NCBI GenBank assembly: GCA_021648625.1
Contig: JAKISK010000001.1
Span: 1-58,264, forward strand
Direction of reading: 5' to 3'
DNA from: Thiomicrorhabdus sp.
GTDB lineage: Bacteria > Pseudomonadota > Gammaproteobacteria > Thiomicrospirales > Thiomicrospiraceae
Length of the DNA stretch: 58,264 bases
Under the pieces are notes generated by a model. The model was not told the DNA's origin, ran no database searches, and saw only the letters and a list, made by a program, of their open reading frames with translations. Below are positions 1-10,560 of the stretch, one piece after another. Made by a program: the position numbers and the translations under genes. Position 1 is the first letter of the stretch. Every line of letters begins with the position of its first letter.

Positions 1-511
1 CCGCTTATGACTCCCCGCTCATTAAAGCGCACAGTTTGGCTTTAGGCCATGTTCCCATTATTGACACTAATCCACGTAGCAAAGTAAAAAAAGACGAACA
101 GGAAGCTGAAACAAAACGACGTAAAAAAGCAAACTATACAATTGCAGAAGATAAACGCTACAATGAACGCAGTACAGTCGAACGAGTTAATGGCCGAATC
201 AAAGATGAATTTGGCGCGAGAATGATACGTGTACGAGGTCATGCCAAAGTGATGGCGCATTTAATGTTTGGGATTGTGGTACTCACGATAGATCAGATGA
301 TGAAGCTTGTTGAATAACAAAGATGACGGTGTTTTTTTACATAAATCGGATCACAATAGCGGTGCGATGAACTCCCTTGCTCTGAATTTGTTATTTTTAG
401 GTTATTTGGGATAAAAGAGAACCCATCTTAAAGTAATTTACAGAAATAAGAATCATTCACGACTGCGTGAATGATTTACTCGCTTACTTGTAATAATTTT
501 GCAAGAGGCTC
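1..511 (+). mobile_element. Right part of an IS element (IS5/IS1182-like DDE), truncated by the window edge
   Basis: Transposase C-terminus followed by a terminal-repeat-like end TTTTGCAAGAGGCTC (497-511) exactly where the opposite-strand RT sequence stops looking like an RT. Confidence 0.8.
3..317 (+). CDS. DDE transposase, C-terminal part
   Basis: Frame open from base 3: AYDSPLIKAHSLALGHVPIID...RYNERSTVERVNGRIKDEFG...VRGHAKV; YxxRxxVER motif of IS5/IS4-type DDE transposases. Confidence 0.85.
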   Translation, partial: AYDSPLIKAHSLALGHVPIIDTNPRSKVKKDEQEAETKRRKKANYTIAEDKRYNERSTVERVNGRIKDEFGARMIRVRGHAKVMAHLMFGIVVLTIDQMMKLVE

Positions 512-1226
512 TCTTATTAATTAATAAATCGCGTTGAACTTTATCGTAAAACTTTTTTAAATCAAGATTAACTTCATATACATCCTCTGACTCAATAGCA
601 GTACTTTTAGCTTTTTTACCAAAATAGACAGGCCTTGCTAAAAACCGTTGATAGTCTTTGAAATATTGGTTATAAACACTCTGATTGCCCCACAAAAAAC
701 TTGCCTTATCATCATGATAAGAGCAATAAAGTCTGTTTCCGTAATTAACAACCCCTTTCTCATGTACCTCTTCAAAAGCAACAGAACTATCACCTTGCAA
801 AGTCTCAACTTGATTTGCTAAAAGCATCATCAAAGCGGTCATAATCGTTTGATCGCGTATATCAATATGAGCTATAGGTCGTAACTCTTTAGAGTCATCA
901 GGTTCATTCTTTTTTACTATTTTTACACTCGGCTTCCAATTAAAGTCATCGTTTTCATCAAAACCCCATGACTCTGTTTTGGGAGCAGGAACTAATTTTA
1001 ATCGCGAGAAGCTAAAAGAGTCTGATTCCAAGTCTTTTTTCCATTTTTCAATATTTTGTTCCAATTCTATTGCAGAGCGATCTAAGTCAAAAACATCAGC
1101 GTACCAGTTAGTTGAACGTATTGAGTGATGGGTCTTTTTCCACGCATGCATTAAAATCACAGGATCTAGAATGTATTTGTCTGTTACGGAAAGTGCCGAA
1201 AGGTATTTCTTATCTAAAAAGTCCAT
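512..1226 (-). pseudogene. Defence-associated reverse transcriptase (DRT1/UG1 RT-nitrilase-like), N-terminal part, interrupted by the IS
   Basis: AWKK..IR..NWYAD, LVPAPK, LRPIAHIDIRDQ, YGNRL and first catalytic motif NLDLKKFYDKV; sequence after DLLINK is IS DNA. Probable start MDFLDKKY at 1226 (ORF track 453..1286). Class assignment from recall. Confidence 0.75.
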
Positions 1227-1530
1227 TAAACTAAAACGTCCTGAGTAATTAATTTTGCGATATAGCACTGAATTGTTTGAATACATTAAAAATTGGCTTT
1301 AAGTTAATAGCATAACACCATCAATTCACTGGCTTCAGAAACAATTATTTTTTACTCTCTTTCTTCAACTTAGGTTTCAAAAAAAACTTATGAAAAGATC
1401 AATTCTGTTGCGCTCACAGAGAACACCATGTAGGCAATGTTAATTATCGCCAATACGTAGTGCCATGTATCGACGTTGATCTTGATAAAAAAAAGGAAAA
1501 AATGATATGAAAAAGAGAAAAAGGGGACAA

Positions 1531-1552
1531 AAAGGGGACGGTATCCTTTAAA
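1531..1552 (+). repeat. 22-bp dispersed repeat AAAGGGGACGGTATCCTTTAAA (copy A), with IHF-consensus site at 1580-1592
   Basis: 20/22 identical to the inverted copy at 1928-1949 and similar to 22025-22045; AATCAATGGTTTA fits WATCAANNNNTTR. Confidence 0.7.
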
Positions 1553-1927
1553 TCATATCATGGCGGTAAATTACTGTTTAATCAATGGTTTAAATGGTTT
1601 TTTTAGATGATATTGGAGCAATTATTATTCGGTTAATATCTTGTTTTAAATTGACTTTGAATTTTGATAGGGAGGGGGGAAGAAAATCTCAATCAATTTT
1701 TTACCCCCCCTTACCTCATCAAACTCAACCAATACATCCCCATCACCGATTACCTCGTAGAAGATTCGCAAGCAACTATTCATACTTATCAAGTCAACTA
1801 AAACTTGCCCCCCCCTATCCTGCCTGATGCCAAAATGGTGAATCAATGGAAGCCTATTTCGTATCTAGATGACTTTAAAGTTGTTTAATTTCATCCAGTC
1901 GCTTTTGTCTTTATTATATAAATAATA

Positions 1928-1949
1928 TTTAAAGGGTAGCGTCCCCTTT
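1928..1949 (-). repeat. 22-bp dispersed repeat (copy B), inverted relative to copy A
   Basis: Reverse complement reads AAAGGGGACGCTACCCTTTAAA. Confidence 0.7.
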
Positions 1950-2168
1950 AAAGCGTTTTAATAAATGCGCCATTATAACACTCTAAAAAGTACGGGCTAT
2001 GGCTTCAATAAACTTGATATTCATCAACCATCAACCCTTTTGTAAGCCTTACCAAAGCCTCCCGTCATGCTTATAAGCAAAGACTCATGCCTTCCTTAAC
2101 CCTATCCTCAAAAAAAAACGATACCATATTTGCAACATAACAAAACCACGAATAGAGGATAAAAAACA

Positions 2169-4250
2169 ATGATAAATGGCAACAAAACTCCACTCACCTC
2201 ACGCATTTACCCTACCCCTAAAAAACTCTCTGTTGCCATAGTATCGCTCTTAGCCACCGCCTCTATGGCACATGCACAAGACAGTGCCACACAATTATTG
2301 CCCGTCACCGTTACCGACACCGCACCCGCCCCTTTAGAAACTAATATCCCAATAAACGATCTATTGCAAACCTCCAACTCTGAAACCAGTACGGCACTGC
2401 GTCAAATTAATGGGGTAGAAGCGTCTCGAATGGGCGGACATGGTGTGGATTTGATCATTAATGGCCAACAAGCCTCGCAATTAAACATCTTTTTGGACGG
2501 CGCAAAAATCGAAGGCGGTTGCCCTAATCGAATGGATCCCCCTACGGCGTATACTGAACTCAGTAGCTATGACAGTGTGACCGTCATTAAAGGCGTAAAC
2601 TCAGTGACCTACGGTTCTGGCGGAAGCGGTGGAACAGTTTTGTTTGAGCGCAATGCGCCTAGCTTTGAAGAGGGTAAGCCCTATCAAGGTCAAGTCAATG
2701 TAGGCACCTCTTCTAACGGGCTCACTCAAGACATAAATGCCACCGTGGCCGCTGGTGGCGATAAAGGTTACATCGTTCTCCAAGGCTCTAAAAAATCCGC
2801 CGATAACTACACCGATGGCAACGGTGATGAAGTCCGTTCCAGCTATGAAAGTCGTCAAGGGCATATTGACTTAGGTTGGACACCCAATGAGGACCATGAA
2901 TTTAAAGTCTCTTATGAAAAAAGCTACATTGACGATGTGCTGTTTCAAGGCGCAACCATGGACTCCCCTACTTCAGAAGGAAGCACCACCCGTTTAAGCT
3001 ATAAAGGCGACAACATCAGCAAAGCCATTCAGTCTATTGAAGTGGATCTGTACGCCTCTGAGGTCGATCACTTAATGGACAACTATACCTTTCGCCCAGC
3101 CACACCCGTTGCATCTCGTTTAGAAACGCCTTCTAATGTAAAAACCACGGGGGCAAAAATTCAGTTAAGCAGCCAAGTGGATCGCACCACCTTAAACTAT
3201 GGTCTGCAAGTCGAGTTACTTGAAAAAACCGCGACGGTACAACGTGCGACAGGCCAAAGTATTTTTAACCTCTGGCCAACAACAGAAAGCACCACCAACA
3301 GTGTGTTTTTAGAAGGGATTACCGCCTTAACACCAAAGCAAAAAGTGATTATGGGCGTACGTTATGAGAACGTAAGCACCCAAGCCAAAGACGCTTCCAG
3401 TGCCACTGATTTAGGAAACACAGCCTTTGGCCTGTACAACAATACCTACACCAACTACTCTGGCCAAACCAAAGCGGATGAGAATAATTTAAACGCCCTG
3501 TTACGCTATGAGCAAACATTTAAAAATAATATAAACGGCTTTATTGGCCTGAGCCGAACCCACCGTAACCCCGATGCGACGGAACTTTATATGGCGCGTG
3601 GCGGTACTTCTCAATGGGTGGGTAATCCCGACCTAAAACCCGAAGCTCATAATCAACTGGACATTGGCCTGTCACAAACCCATAACACATACCAGTGGGC
3701 GGCTTCTGCATACTATGATGTGGTTGAAAACTACATCCTAAGAGACTTTGCTCAAAATCAATCTGCCGATGTTAACATTGCAGGAGCCCATACGGTTTAC
3801 CTTAATAAAGACGCGGTGATTTATGGTCTTGAAGCGTCAGGACAATATCAACTCTCGCCACAAGTTGTACTGGGCGCCAGTGCCAACCTAACCAAAGGCC
3901 GTAATACCAGTGACAACCGCAATTTAAGCAATATACCGCCTCTTTCAGGGGCGCTGTTTGCCCAATATCAAAAAGCAGATTGGAAAGCGGGCGCACGCAT
4001 CAACTTAGCCGCCGAACAAACAGACGTTAATCAAGAATACGGTGAGTTAGAAACCCCTGCATGGAGCACAGTAGACCTTTATGGTTCGTATCATATTAAT
4101 AAAACTGCGACCCTCTCTTTAGGGGTAGACAATCTGTTTGACCACGCCTACCAAAACTACTTAAATCGAGTAGATGCCATATCAGGAAATACCTTTAAAG
4201 TATACGAACCTGGCCAAACGGTATGGGCAAAATTAAGCGCAAAATTTTAA
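2169..4250 (+). CDS. TonB-dependent copper receptor (OprC/NosA family)
   Basis: Signal peptide, plug motif GGCPNRMDPP (CxxxM copper site), DHLMDNY, C-terminal Phe; next to SCO and PCuAC genes. Confidence 0.9.
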   Translation: MINGNKTPLTSRIYPTPKKLSVAIVSLLATASMAHAQDSATQLLPVTVTDTAPAPLETNIPINDLLQTSNSETSTALRQINGVEASRMGGHGVDLIINGQQASQLNIFLDGAKIEGGCPNRMDPPTAYTELSSYDSVTVIKGVNSVTYGSGGSGGTVLFERNAPSFEEGKPYQGQVNVGTSSNGLTQDINATVAAGGDKGYIVLQGSKKSADNYTDGNGDEVRSSYESRQGHIDLGWTPNEDHEFKVSYEKSYIDDVLFQGATMDSPTSEGSTTRLSYKGDNISKAIQSIEVDLYASEVDHLMDNYTFRPATPVASRLETPSNVKTTGAKIQLSSQVDRTTLNYGLQVELLEKTATVQRATGQSIFNLWPTTESTTNSVFLEGITALTPKQKVIMGVRYENVSTQAKDASSATDLGNTAFGLYNNTYTNYSGQTKADENNLNALLRYEQTFKNNINGFIGLSRTHRNPDATELYMARGGTSQWVGNPDLKPEAHNQLDIGLSQTHNTYQWAASAYYDVVENYILRDFAQNQSADVNIAGAHTVYLNKDAVIYGLEASGQYQLSPQVVLGASANLTKGRNTSDNRNLSNIPPLSGALFAQYQKADWKAGARINLAAEQTDVNQEYGELETPAWSTVDLYGSYHINKTATLSLGVDNLFDHAYQNYLNRVDAISGNTFKVYEPGQTVWAKLSAKF

Positions 4251-4359
4251 TCTGCTAGCGTTGCGCTTGCCTCACTATTTTATAACTGGCACAATGCCCT
4301 AAGTCACCAGATAAAATGTGATTTAGCACTTGTGCCTCTTAAAGGAACCCATACGGTTT

Positions 4360-5007
4360 ATGAATATTTCTCAAAAAGCAGTTAAAATCGGAATTGTTGC
4401 CATTGGTGCACTTCTGCTGCTGTTTTTCCTATTTCAGTTTTTAACAAAACCGACACCTCATTCCCCCCCACCTCCTAAAGGCATTGTTAGTGAAAAACCA
4501 ACGGGGGGGAACTTTACACTGACCTCCATAAACGGCCAACAGTCTTTAAGTAACTTTAAAGACAAGTTGGTTTTATTGTATTTTGGCTACACCTACTGTC
4601 CTGATATTTGCCCAACCGACTTAGGCAACCTTGCCATGGCCTATCGTGGTTTAAACGATCAGGAAAAAGAACAGGTTCAAATCCTGTTTGTCACCGTTGA
4701 TCCAGAGCGAGACACCGTTAACCGAATGGCCGAATATACGGGCTACTTTGATGCCGATATGGTGGGGTTAACTGGCACCAATGCCGAAATCGCCACCGTA
4801 GCCAAACAGTATGGAGTGGTGTACATGAAAGCCAACAACCCTCTCAATAGCCACAGCAGTGCGGAAAATTACACCGTTGACCATTCCGCATTTACCTATA
4901 TCATAGATGCCACGGGGCAGTTGCAAACTCAACTTCCACATGCCATGCCCCCGCAACAGATTCAAAATACCATTCAAACTTACTTAACACAGGACAAAGC
5001 ATCATGA
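4360..5007 (+). CDS. SCO1/SenC copper chaperone
   Basis: FGYTYCPDICP, VTVDPERD, YTVDHSA; N-terminal TM helix. Confidence 0.93.
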   Translation: MNISQKAVKIGIVAIGALLLLFFLFQFLTKPTPHSPPPPKGIVSEKPTGGNFTLTSINGQQSLSNFKDKLVLLYFGYTYCPDICPTDLGNLAMAYRGLNDQEKEQVQILFVTVDPERDTVNRMAEYTGYFDADMVGLTGTNAEIATVAKQYGVVYMKANNPLNSHSSAENYTVDHSAFTYIIDATGQLQTQLPHAMPPQQIQNTIQTYLTQDKAS

Positions 5008-5510
5008 CACCTCGTTCTAATCCACTAGCTACCGCTCTTACACTTGGACTGCTCACCGCGATTTCTAGTACCCAACTTCTGGCCGCCGAAATCCAACCCC
5101 ATGCCGATGCCATTCAAGTCAGTGATCCTTACACCCGTGAAATGCCTCCCGGAGCGCTTGCTACCGCCAGCTTTATGACACTTAGCAACACAAGTGATCA
5201 AAATATAAAACTGGTGCAAGCCGACACCAATGCCGCCAAAAGTGCCGAACTGCACACCCATACCAACGACAATGGTGTGATGCGAATGCGTCAAGTAAGT
5301 TCTTTTGACATTCCCGCCAAAGGACAAACCAAGTTACAACCCGGTGGTAACCATATTATGCTGATCTCTCCCAATCAGACGATTAAAACAGGCAACACCG
5401 TTTCAGTCACCCTAACCTTTGAAGACGGCAGCTCTAAAAAAGTGACCATGCCCGTTAAATCGGTTATGAACATGGGCAAAAATGAAGACCACAGCCACCA
5501 TCATCATTAG
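5004..5510 (+). CDS. Periplasmic copper chaperone PCu(A)C
   Basis: AELHTH...GVMRMR, LQPGGNHIML, His-rich tail. Confidence 0.93.
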   Translation: MTPRSNPLATALTLGLLTAISSTQLLAAEIQPHADAIQVSDPYTREMPPGALATASFMTLSNTSDQNIKLVQADTNAAKSAELHTHTNDNGVMRMRQVSSFDIPAKGQTKLQPGGNHIMLISPNQTIKTGNTVSVTLTFEDGSSKKVTMPVKSVMNMGKNEDHSHHHH

Positions 5511-5541
5511 GACATCATTAGGACATCACGAGGAAATCTCT

Positions 5542-6018
5542 ATGCTTAAAAAAAACGTTGTACTCGGACTGTTCCTTACCACCGCTATTGCGTCAAATCA
5601 TGCCTTTGCAGAGGAGAATTTTTTAGATCGTACAACCCCGCTTTCCAAAGTGGACACGATGACCCTGTGTCTAGAGTATGGTAATTTAACGGAACAAGAG
5701 CAGCGTAAAGCCTATAAACAAGAGCTCGATTTACGCTCTCAACTCAGCGTAAAAGATCATAAGTTGATTGATCAACATCAGGTTGAAAACAGCATGACGC
5801 GTTGTGGCATGTACATGGCATTAGGCAAACCCATTGGCGAACAATCACGTCAAATTCGCCCAATGACCTTTAAAACCGTCCACATCTATCCAGATCATTA
5901 CTATGTTTCTCAATCGGGCATGATTGTTGAAACACTTGAGCGCACCCCAGGAACACTTCCCCCTACTCTGGTTCACACCCCACCCAAAGTACAAGCACCG
6001 CCTGTCGCCCCTAAGTAA
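5542..6018 (+). CDS. Exported hypothetical protein
   Basis: RBS GAGGA before ATG 5542; signal peptide ending AFA; Pro-rich tail. Confidence 0.7.
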   Translation: MLKKNVVLGLFLTTAIASNHAFAEENFLDRTTPLSKVDTMTLCLEYGNLTEQEQRKAYKQELDLRSQLSVKDHKLIDQHQVENSMTRCGMYMALGKPIGEQSRQIRPMTFKTVHIYPDHYYVSQSGMIVETLERTPGTLPPTLVHTPPKVQAPPVAPK

Positions 6019-6134
6019 AACGCTCATTTTTTTATTCTAAAGCACCGCTAAAGGTTAAGGGCTGTACAAACTAAGCTTAATTGATTAGAATCAGCGCACT
6101 AAAAATAAATGTAAATAAGAATAAGGGTTTCAAC

Positions 6135-6800
6135 ATGACACAAGATGAACTAAAGCAAAAAGTCGCTCAAGCCGCCATTGAATACGTTGTGCCCGACACG
6201 ATTATTGGCGTAGGAACCGGCTCTACCGCAAACTTTTTTATTGATGAACTGGCCAAAATTAAAGGCACCATTGAAGGTGCGGTTGCCAGCTCAGAAGCCA
6301 CGGCGGAACGCTTAAGAGGACACGGTATTTTAGTTTTTGACCTAAATTCCGTACCTGAAATTTCGGTCTACATTGATGGCGCAGACGAAGCTGATGCGGG
6401 CTTAAACCTCATTAAAGGCGGCGGTGGTGCTTTAACCCGTGAAAAAATAGTACTCGCCGTTGCCAAACAATTTGTGTGCATTGCCGACGACAGTAAAAAG
6501 GTAGATGTACTGGGTAAATTCCCACTGCCGATTGAAGTGATTCCAATGGCACGTAGCTATGTGGCACGTGAAATTGTGAAACGCTTCGCAGGTGAACCTG
6601 TACTGCGTGATGGATTTGTAACCGATAACGGCAATCTAATTTTAGACATTCACCGCTTAGAAATCACCGATCCGGTTGCTATGGAAAACGAGCTAAACAG
6701 TATTGTAGGTGTCGTTACCAACGGTCTATTTGCCGCTCGTCCAGCGGATATTTTCTTATGCGGAACTAAAAATGGTGTTGAAACGTTGACTGCAAAGTAA
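6135..6800 (+). CDS. rpiA: Ribose-5-phosphate isomerase A
   Basis: [25 protein letters not shown]. Confidence 0.97.
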   Translation: MTQDELKQKVAQAAIEYVVPDTIIGVGTGSTANFFIDELAKIKGTIEGAVASSEATAERLRGHGILVFDLNSVPEISVYIDGADEADAGLNLIKGGGGALTREKIVLAVAKQFVCIADDSKKVDVLGKFPLPIEVIPMARSYVAREIVKRFAGEPVLRDGFVTDNGNLILDIHRLEITDPVAMENELNSIVGVVTNGLFAARPADIFLCGTKNGVETLTAK

Positions 6801-6819
6801 AAGATAACATTCTCTCTTT

Positions 6820-6845
6820 AAAAAAGGCCTTTATGGCCTTTTTTT
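6820..6845. terminator. Bidirectional intrinsic terminator between rpiA and hipA
   Basis: AAAAAAGGCC-TTTAT-GGCCTTTTTTT. Confidence 0.75.
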
Positions 6846-8009
6846 GCAATCATGCAAAATCGCCCAATCAATAGACTGAATAACATTATCTGACACGCCA
6901 TTCTGGCTAAAGACAGTTTGCCAATTTTGTTCAATCACTTGAACCATCTCCTCTAAAATAGAGTTGGCTTTTTCTCGATTTAAATTAAAGTCCTCAGCCC
7001 TTGAAAGCACATTGTCATAACTTGATTGATTCCCCTCTTTTCCAACCACAATCGCCTGAGAACGTCGTGTCCCTTCTCCAGCCACCACATCAAAAGCGGG
7101 GGTTAATCGCCATACACCATTTTTAAAATAAATCGCATGATTTTGATAATGATCGTCATGGTTTGAAATCAAAACATTAAATGCCATTCTGCGAAATAAT
7201 TCTTCAGAATCCAAGCCGCCATTTAGCCGTTTAAGCTCTAATGAAAAATCGGAATAACTTGCTTCTGCACTGTGTTTAACCCCTAAAACAGACATCATAC
7301 TTAAATAAGGAAGCTTTTGACTTTCCTCATAATCAAACCGCTCGGTTAAAAAAATATCCACCCCTTCTTTAAGATGAATAATGTCACTTTTAACCGTATT
7401 AATTCCAACCTCCCTTGCTAAGGCTAATGTACCATGTTCAATTTGAGCCACATTGACATAATCCCGAATGGTTGGCAGTTTGGCTAAATACATAACGCCA
7501 TTTTTTATCACGCTTAATTTAGGCCGTGCTCCTCCTTGACTGGCACCTTGCTTAAAAAGTTCAATTGCTTTATCAGACAGTACATTCGTTCGCTCAAAAT
7601 GTTCTTTGGCTTCCAATATCTCTTCCCAAAGAAAAGGTTCTTTTATAACGGAGGTCTCTAAATCGGGAAACGCCATTTTGGTGTTATAAATCAAATGCCC
7701 TACACGATCTTTTTGATTCTCTAACAGCAGTTCAAAATCCGTTAGTTTTTTTCCATAGCTGGCATTTAAAATGCATTCCCCCCAATGGCCTGGTTTTGAA
7801 TCCAAAAAAGAAGTGAGCATCCCTGAAAACCCACTGTTTGAAAAGAACGTTTTTGATGATAAAGGTAAAAAAATAGGATTAATCGCTAATGCATCTGAAT
7901 TTAATAAATACTGTTTGGCATAATTAAATTGAACCATCTCTCCTACTTTAGAAAGCCGACCCAACAACTCCTTATTCACATTAAAAATAAATAAATATTC
8001 CGTATTCAT
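6831..8009 (-). CDS. hipA: HipA-family kinase toxin
   Basis: SQGGARPK P-loop, TERFD, NHDDHYQNH, LTPAFD; N-terminal couple-HipA region. Confidence 0.9.
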   Translation of the reverse strand: MNTEYLFIFNVNKELLGRLSKVGEMVQFNYAKQYLLNSDALAINPIFLPLSSKTFFSNSGFSGMLTSFLDSKPGHWGECILNASYGKKLTDFELLLENQKDRVGHLIYNTKMAFPDLETSVIKEPFLWEEILEAKEHFERTNVLSDKAIELFKQGASQGGARPKLSVIKNGVMYLAKLPTIRDYVNVAQIEHGTLALAREVGINTVKSDIIHLKEGVDIFLTERFDYEESQKLPYLSMMSVLGVKHSAEASYSDFSLELKRLNGGLDSEELFRRMAFNVLISNHDDHYQNHAIYFKNGVWRLTPAFDVVAGEGTRRSQAIVVGKEGNQSSYDNVLSRAEDFNLNREKANSILEEMVQVIEQNWQTVFSQNGVSDNVIQSIDWAILHDCKKRP

Positions 8010-8024
8010 TGACCCTCCTGCCCG

Positions 8025-8327
8025 TTAAAAGAACTCATCATTCAAATCTGCTCGTTGCTTTCCTACTCGCTTAGGCAAAGAACCAAATGCTAAACTTCGG
8101 CCAATTTCATCATTTTTAGGGGATATCGCGTCTAAAAGTTGTTCCTCTAACCCTAATGCCCAAATCACCTCAAGCAAATTTTTTGAGGGTCGACCTTTTT
8201 CAATTAACGCAATGGACTGGCGTGTCAACGAGGCACGCTTCCCTAACTCCTCTTGTGTTAACTGTCTGGATTTTCGGGCAAGCGCAATGTGTTCACCCAC
8301 TTTTTTAAGGAAAACATTTGGATTCAT
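8025..8327 (-). CDS. HipB-like XRE HTH antitoxin
   Basis: ARKSRQLTQEELGKRASLTRQSIALIEKG, directly upstream of hipA. Confidence 0.85.
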   Translation of the reverse strand: MNPNVFLKKVGEHIALARKSRQLTQEELGKRASLTRQSIALIEKGRPSKNLLEVIWALGLEEQLLDAISPKNDEIGRSLAFGSLPKRVGKQRADLNDEFF

Positions 8328-8343
8328 ATAAAACGCCTTTCAT

Positions 8344-8390
8344 GTTAACATTTAATAACATTATCCTTTTTTAAGTTAACAAATGCAAAC
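8344..8390. promoter_or_regulatory. Two putative antitoxin operators GTT-N10-AAC upstream of the hipBA operon
   Basis: GTTAACATTTAATAAC (8344-8359) and GTTAACAAATGCAAAC (8375-8390), 31 bp apart, both followed by ATTA. Confidence 0.5.
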
Positions 8391-8486
8391 ATTAAGAGCG
8401 GGTTTTATCTTATCCCCCTACCTAAAAATGAAATTTTCTAAACAGAGGGTGATAAAATAATCACTTTAACTTACGCTAGTAATCAC

Positions 8487-9134
8487 ATGTCTGCATTAAA
8501 CAATTTATCCCCCCCCCTATTCAAAGGGCTATACATCATCACCGATCCAATGCTTTGCCCAAAAGATACCCTTATTGAACAAGTGACTCAAGCATTAAGG
8601 GGGGGGGTAAAAATTGTGCAGTTTCGTGATAAAACCAGTTCTTTTCAAACCCAGTTAACCCTCAGTAAACAGCTCAAAACACTGTGCGAACAATATCAAG
8701 CCTACTTTATTGTAAACGACAACATCGAACTTGCTAAACAGTCGCAAGCACACGGCATACACCTTGGCAAAAACGACCAAGACCTGATAACAGCACGAGA
8801 ACAACTCGGCACTCAAGCCATTATTGGCGTAAGCTGTTACAACGATATGACCCTTGCTCTACACATGCAAACCTTAGGGGCAAGTTACGTCGCATTCGGA
8901 CGGTTTTTTCCCTCTCAAACCAAACCCAATGCCCCCCAAGCGGATATAAACACCTTAATACACGCCAAAAAAACGCTTAACATTCCCGTGGTCGCCATTG
9001 GCGGCATCACCGCAGACAATGCGTCACAACTGATTAAAACGGGCGTGGATTCTTTGGCCGTTATTCAAGGGGTATGGGGGCAAAAAAACATTCAAGCCGC
9101 CGCGCTTCACATTCAAAAGCAATTCACGGTATAA
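8487..9134 (+). CDS. thiE: Thiamine-phosphate synthase
   Basis: VQFRDK, IVND, HLGKND, GVSCY, FPSQTK, VAIGGI. Confidence 0.95.
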   Translation: MSALNNLSPPLFKGLYIITDPMLCPKDTLIEQVTQALRGGVKIVQFRDKTSSFQTQLTLSKQLKTLCEQYQAYFIVNDNIELAKQSQAHGIHLGKNDQDLITAREQLGTQAIIGVSCYNDMTLALHMQTLGASYVAFGRFFPSQTKPNAPQADINTLIHAKKTLNIPVVAIGGITADNASQLIKTGVDSLAVIQGVWGQKNIQAAALHIQKQFTV

Positions 9135-9176
9135 TCAAGCGCAATTAATTTATCTAACACTTTAAAAGGATCTCCC

Positions 9177-10457
9177 ATGAGCAAATCGCATGACCTATTC
9201 CAAGCGGCACAAAAACACATTCCCGGTGGCGTAAATTCACCTGTAAGAGCGTTTAAAGGCGTAGGCGGCGATCCTGTTTTCTTTAAATCTGCCAATGGCG
9301 CGTATTTGATTGATGCAGACGATAAACAGTACATTGATTACGTTGCCTCTTGGGGACCTGCCATTTTAGGACACGCGCATCCAGAGGTGGTGAAAGTCGT
9401 TCAAGAGCAAGCCACTAAAGGTTTAAGCTTTGGCGCACCGACGGCAATCGAAACCGAAATGGCCGATTTAGTGTGCGACCTAATTCCTTCCATGGACATG
9501 GTTCGCATGGTCAGCTCGGGTACCGAAGCCACCATGACCGCCATTCGTTTAGCACGTGGTTATACTGGCCGCGATAAAATGGTTAAGTTTGAAGGTTGCT
9601 ACCACGGGCATTCCGACTCTTTATTGGTTAAAGCGGGTTCTGGCGCACTGACCTTAGGCGAACCATCTTCTCCGGGTGTGCCTGCCGCATTAGCCGACCT
9701 TACGCTCACACTAACCCACAATGACGCCCAAGAAGTCCGAGACGTATTTGCCAAAATAGGCAGTGAAATCGCTTGTATTATTGTTGAGCCTATCGCTGGC
9801 AACATGAACTGCATTCCACCCGAAGACGGTTTTTTACAAACCCTACGTGACGTGTGCGATGAACACGGAACGGTGCTGATTTTTGATGAAGTCATGTGTG
9901 GTTTCCGCGCAAACCTACAAGGCGCACAAGGGCTATACAACATAACGCCAGACCTGACCACGTTTGGTAAAGTCATCGGTGGCGGAATGCCCGTAGGTGC
10001 GTTTGGCGGTAAACGTGAAATCATGGAAAAAATCGCACCATTAGGCCCGGTCTACCAAGCGGGAACACTCTCTGGTAACCCTCTCGCCATGGCCGCTGGG
10101 TTAAAAACTCTAGAACTTATTAAAGTGCCTGGGTTCTTTGAAAACCTAGACCAAAAAGCCAAGCGCCTAACCGCTGGGCTACAAGCCGCCGCAGACGAAC
10201 TCAACATCCCATTTACCACCAACCAAGTGGGCGGCATGTACGGTTACTTCTTTAATGAAGAGAAAAATATCAGCCGTTTTGCGCAAGTTGCCAAAGGCAA
10301 TATGGAGCACTTCCAAAAGTTCTATCACGGCATGTTAAACGAAGGGGTTTACCTAGCGCCGTCTGCTTATGAAGCAGGGTTTGTCTCATTGGCTCATACC
10401 AACGAAGACATCGACAACACCATTGCCGCGGCAAAACGCGTAATGGCAACATTGTAA
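9177..10457 (+). CDS. hemL: Glutamate-1-semialdehyde 2,1-aminomutase
   Basis: [41 protein letters not shown]. Confidence 0.98.
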   Translation: MSKSHDLFQAAQKHIPGGVNSPVRAFKGVGGDPVFFKSANGAYLIDADDKQYIDYVASWGPAILGHAHPEVVKVVQEQATKGLSFGAPTAIETEMADLVCDLIPSMDMVRMVSSGTEATMTAIRLARGYTGRDKMVKFEGCYHGHSDSLLVKAGSGALTLGEPSSPGVPAALADLTLTLTHNDAQEVRDVFAKIGSEIACIIVEPIAGNMNCIPPEDGFLQTLRDVCDEHGTVLIFDEVMCGFRANLQGAQGLYNITPDLTTFGKVIGGGMPVGAFGGKREIMEKIAPLGPVYQAGTLSGNPLAMAAGLKTLELIKVPGFFENLDQKAKRLTAGLQAAADELNIPFTTNQVGGMYGYFFNEEKNISRFAQVAKGNMEHFQKFYHGMLNEGVYLAPSAYEAGFVSLAHTNEDIDNTIAAAKRVMATL

Positions 10458-10472
10458 GGGATTATTATCTCT

Positions 10473-10501
10473 AAAAAAGGGCTTATAAGAGCCCTTTTTT
10501 T
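10473..10501 (+). terminator. Intrinsic terminator after hemL
   Basis: AAAAAAGGGCT...AGCCCTTTTTTT. Confidence 0.8.
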
Positions 10502-10560
10502 ATGGGTTTAAAATACTCAAAATTTTTCTCCCCCCCCTATTTATAAAGGAACACTTCTCT

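Noticed and set aside
453-511. C-terminal RASCKIITSK... tail of the 277-aa ORF
   Set aside because: Read-through into IS DNA, not RT sequence
512-1483. Retron or DGR interpretation of the RT
   Set aside because: Motif pattern fits large UG-type RTs; no TR/VR pair is seen and the retron-diagnostic region is not visible in the window
1594-1890. Short ORFs 1594..1827 and 1646..1846
   Set aside because: They span poly-C motif copies and show no recognisable family; probably decayed DNA
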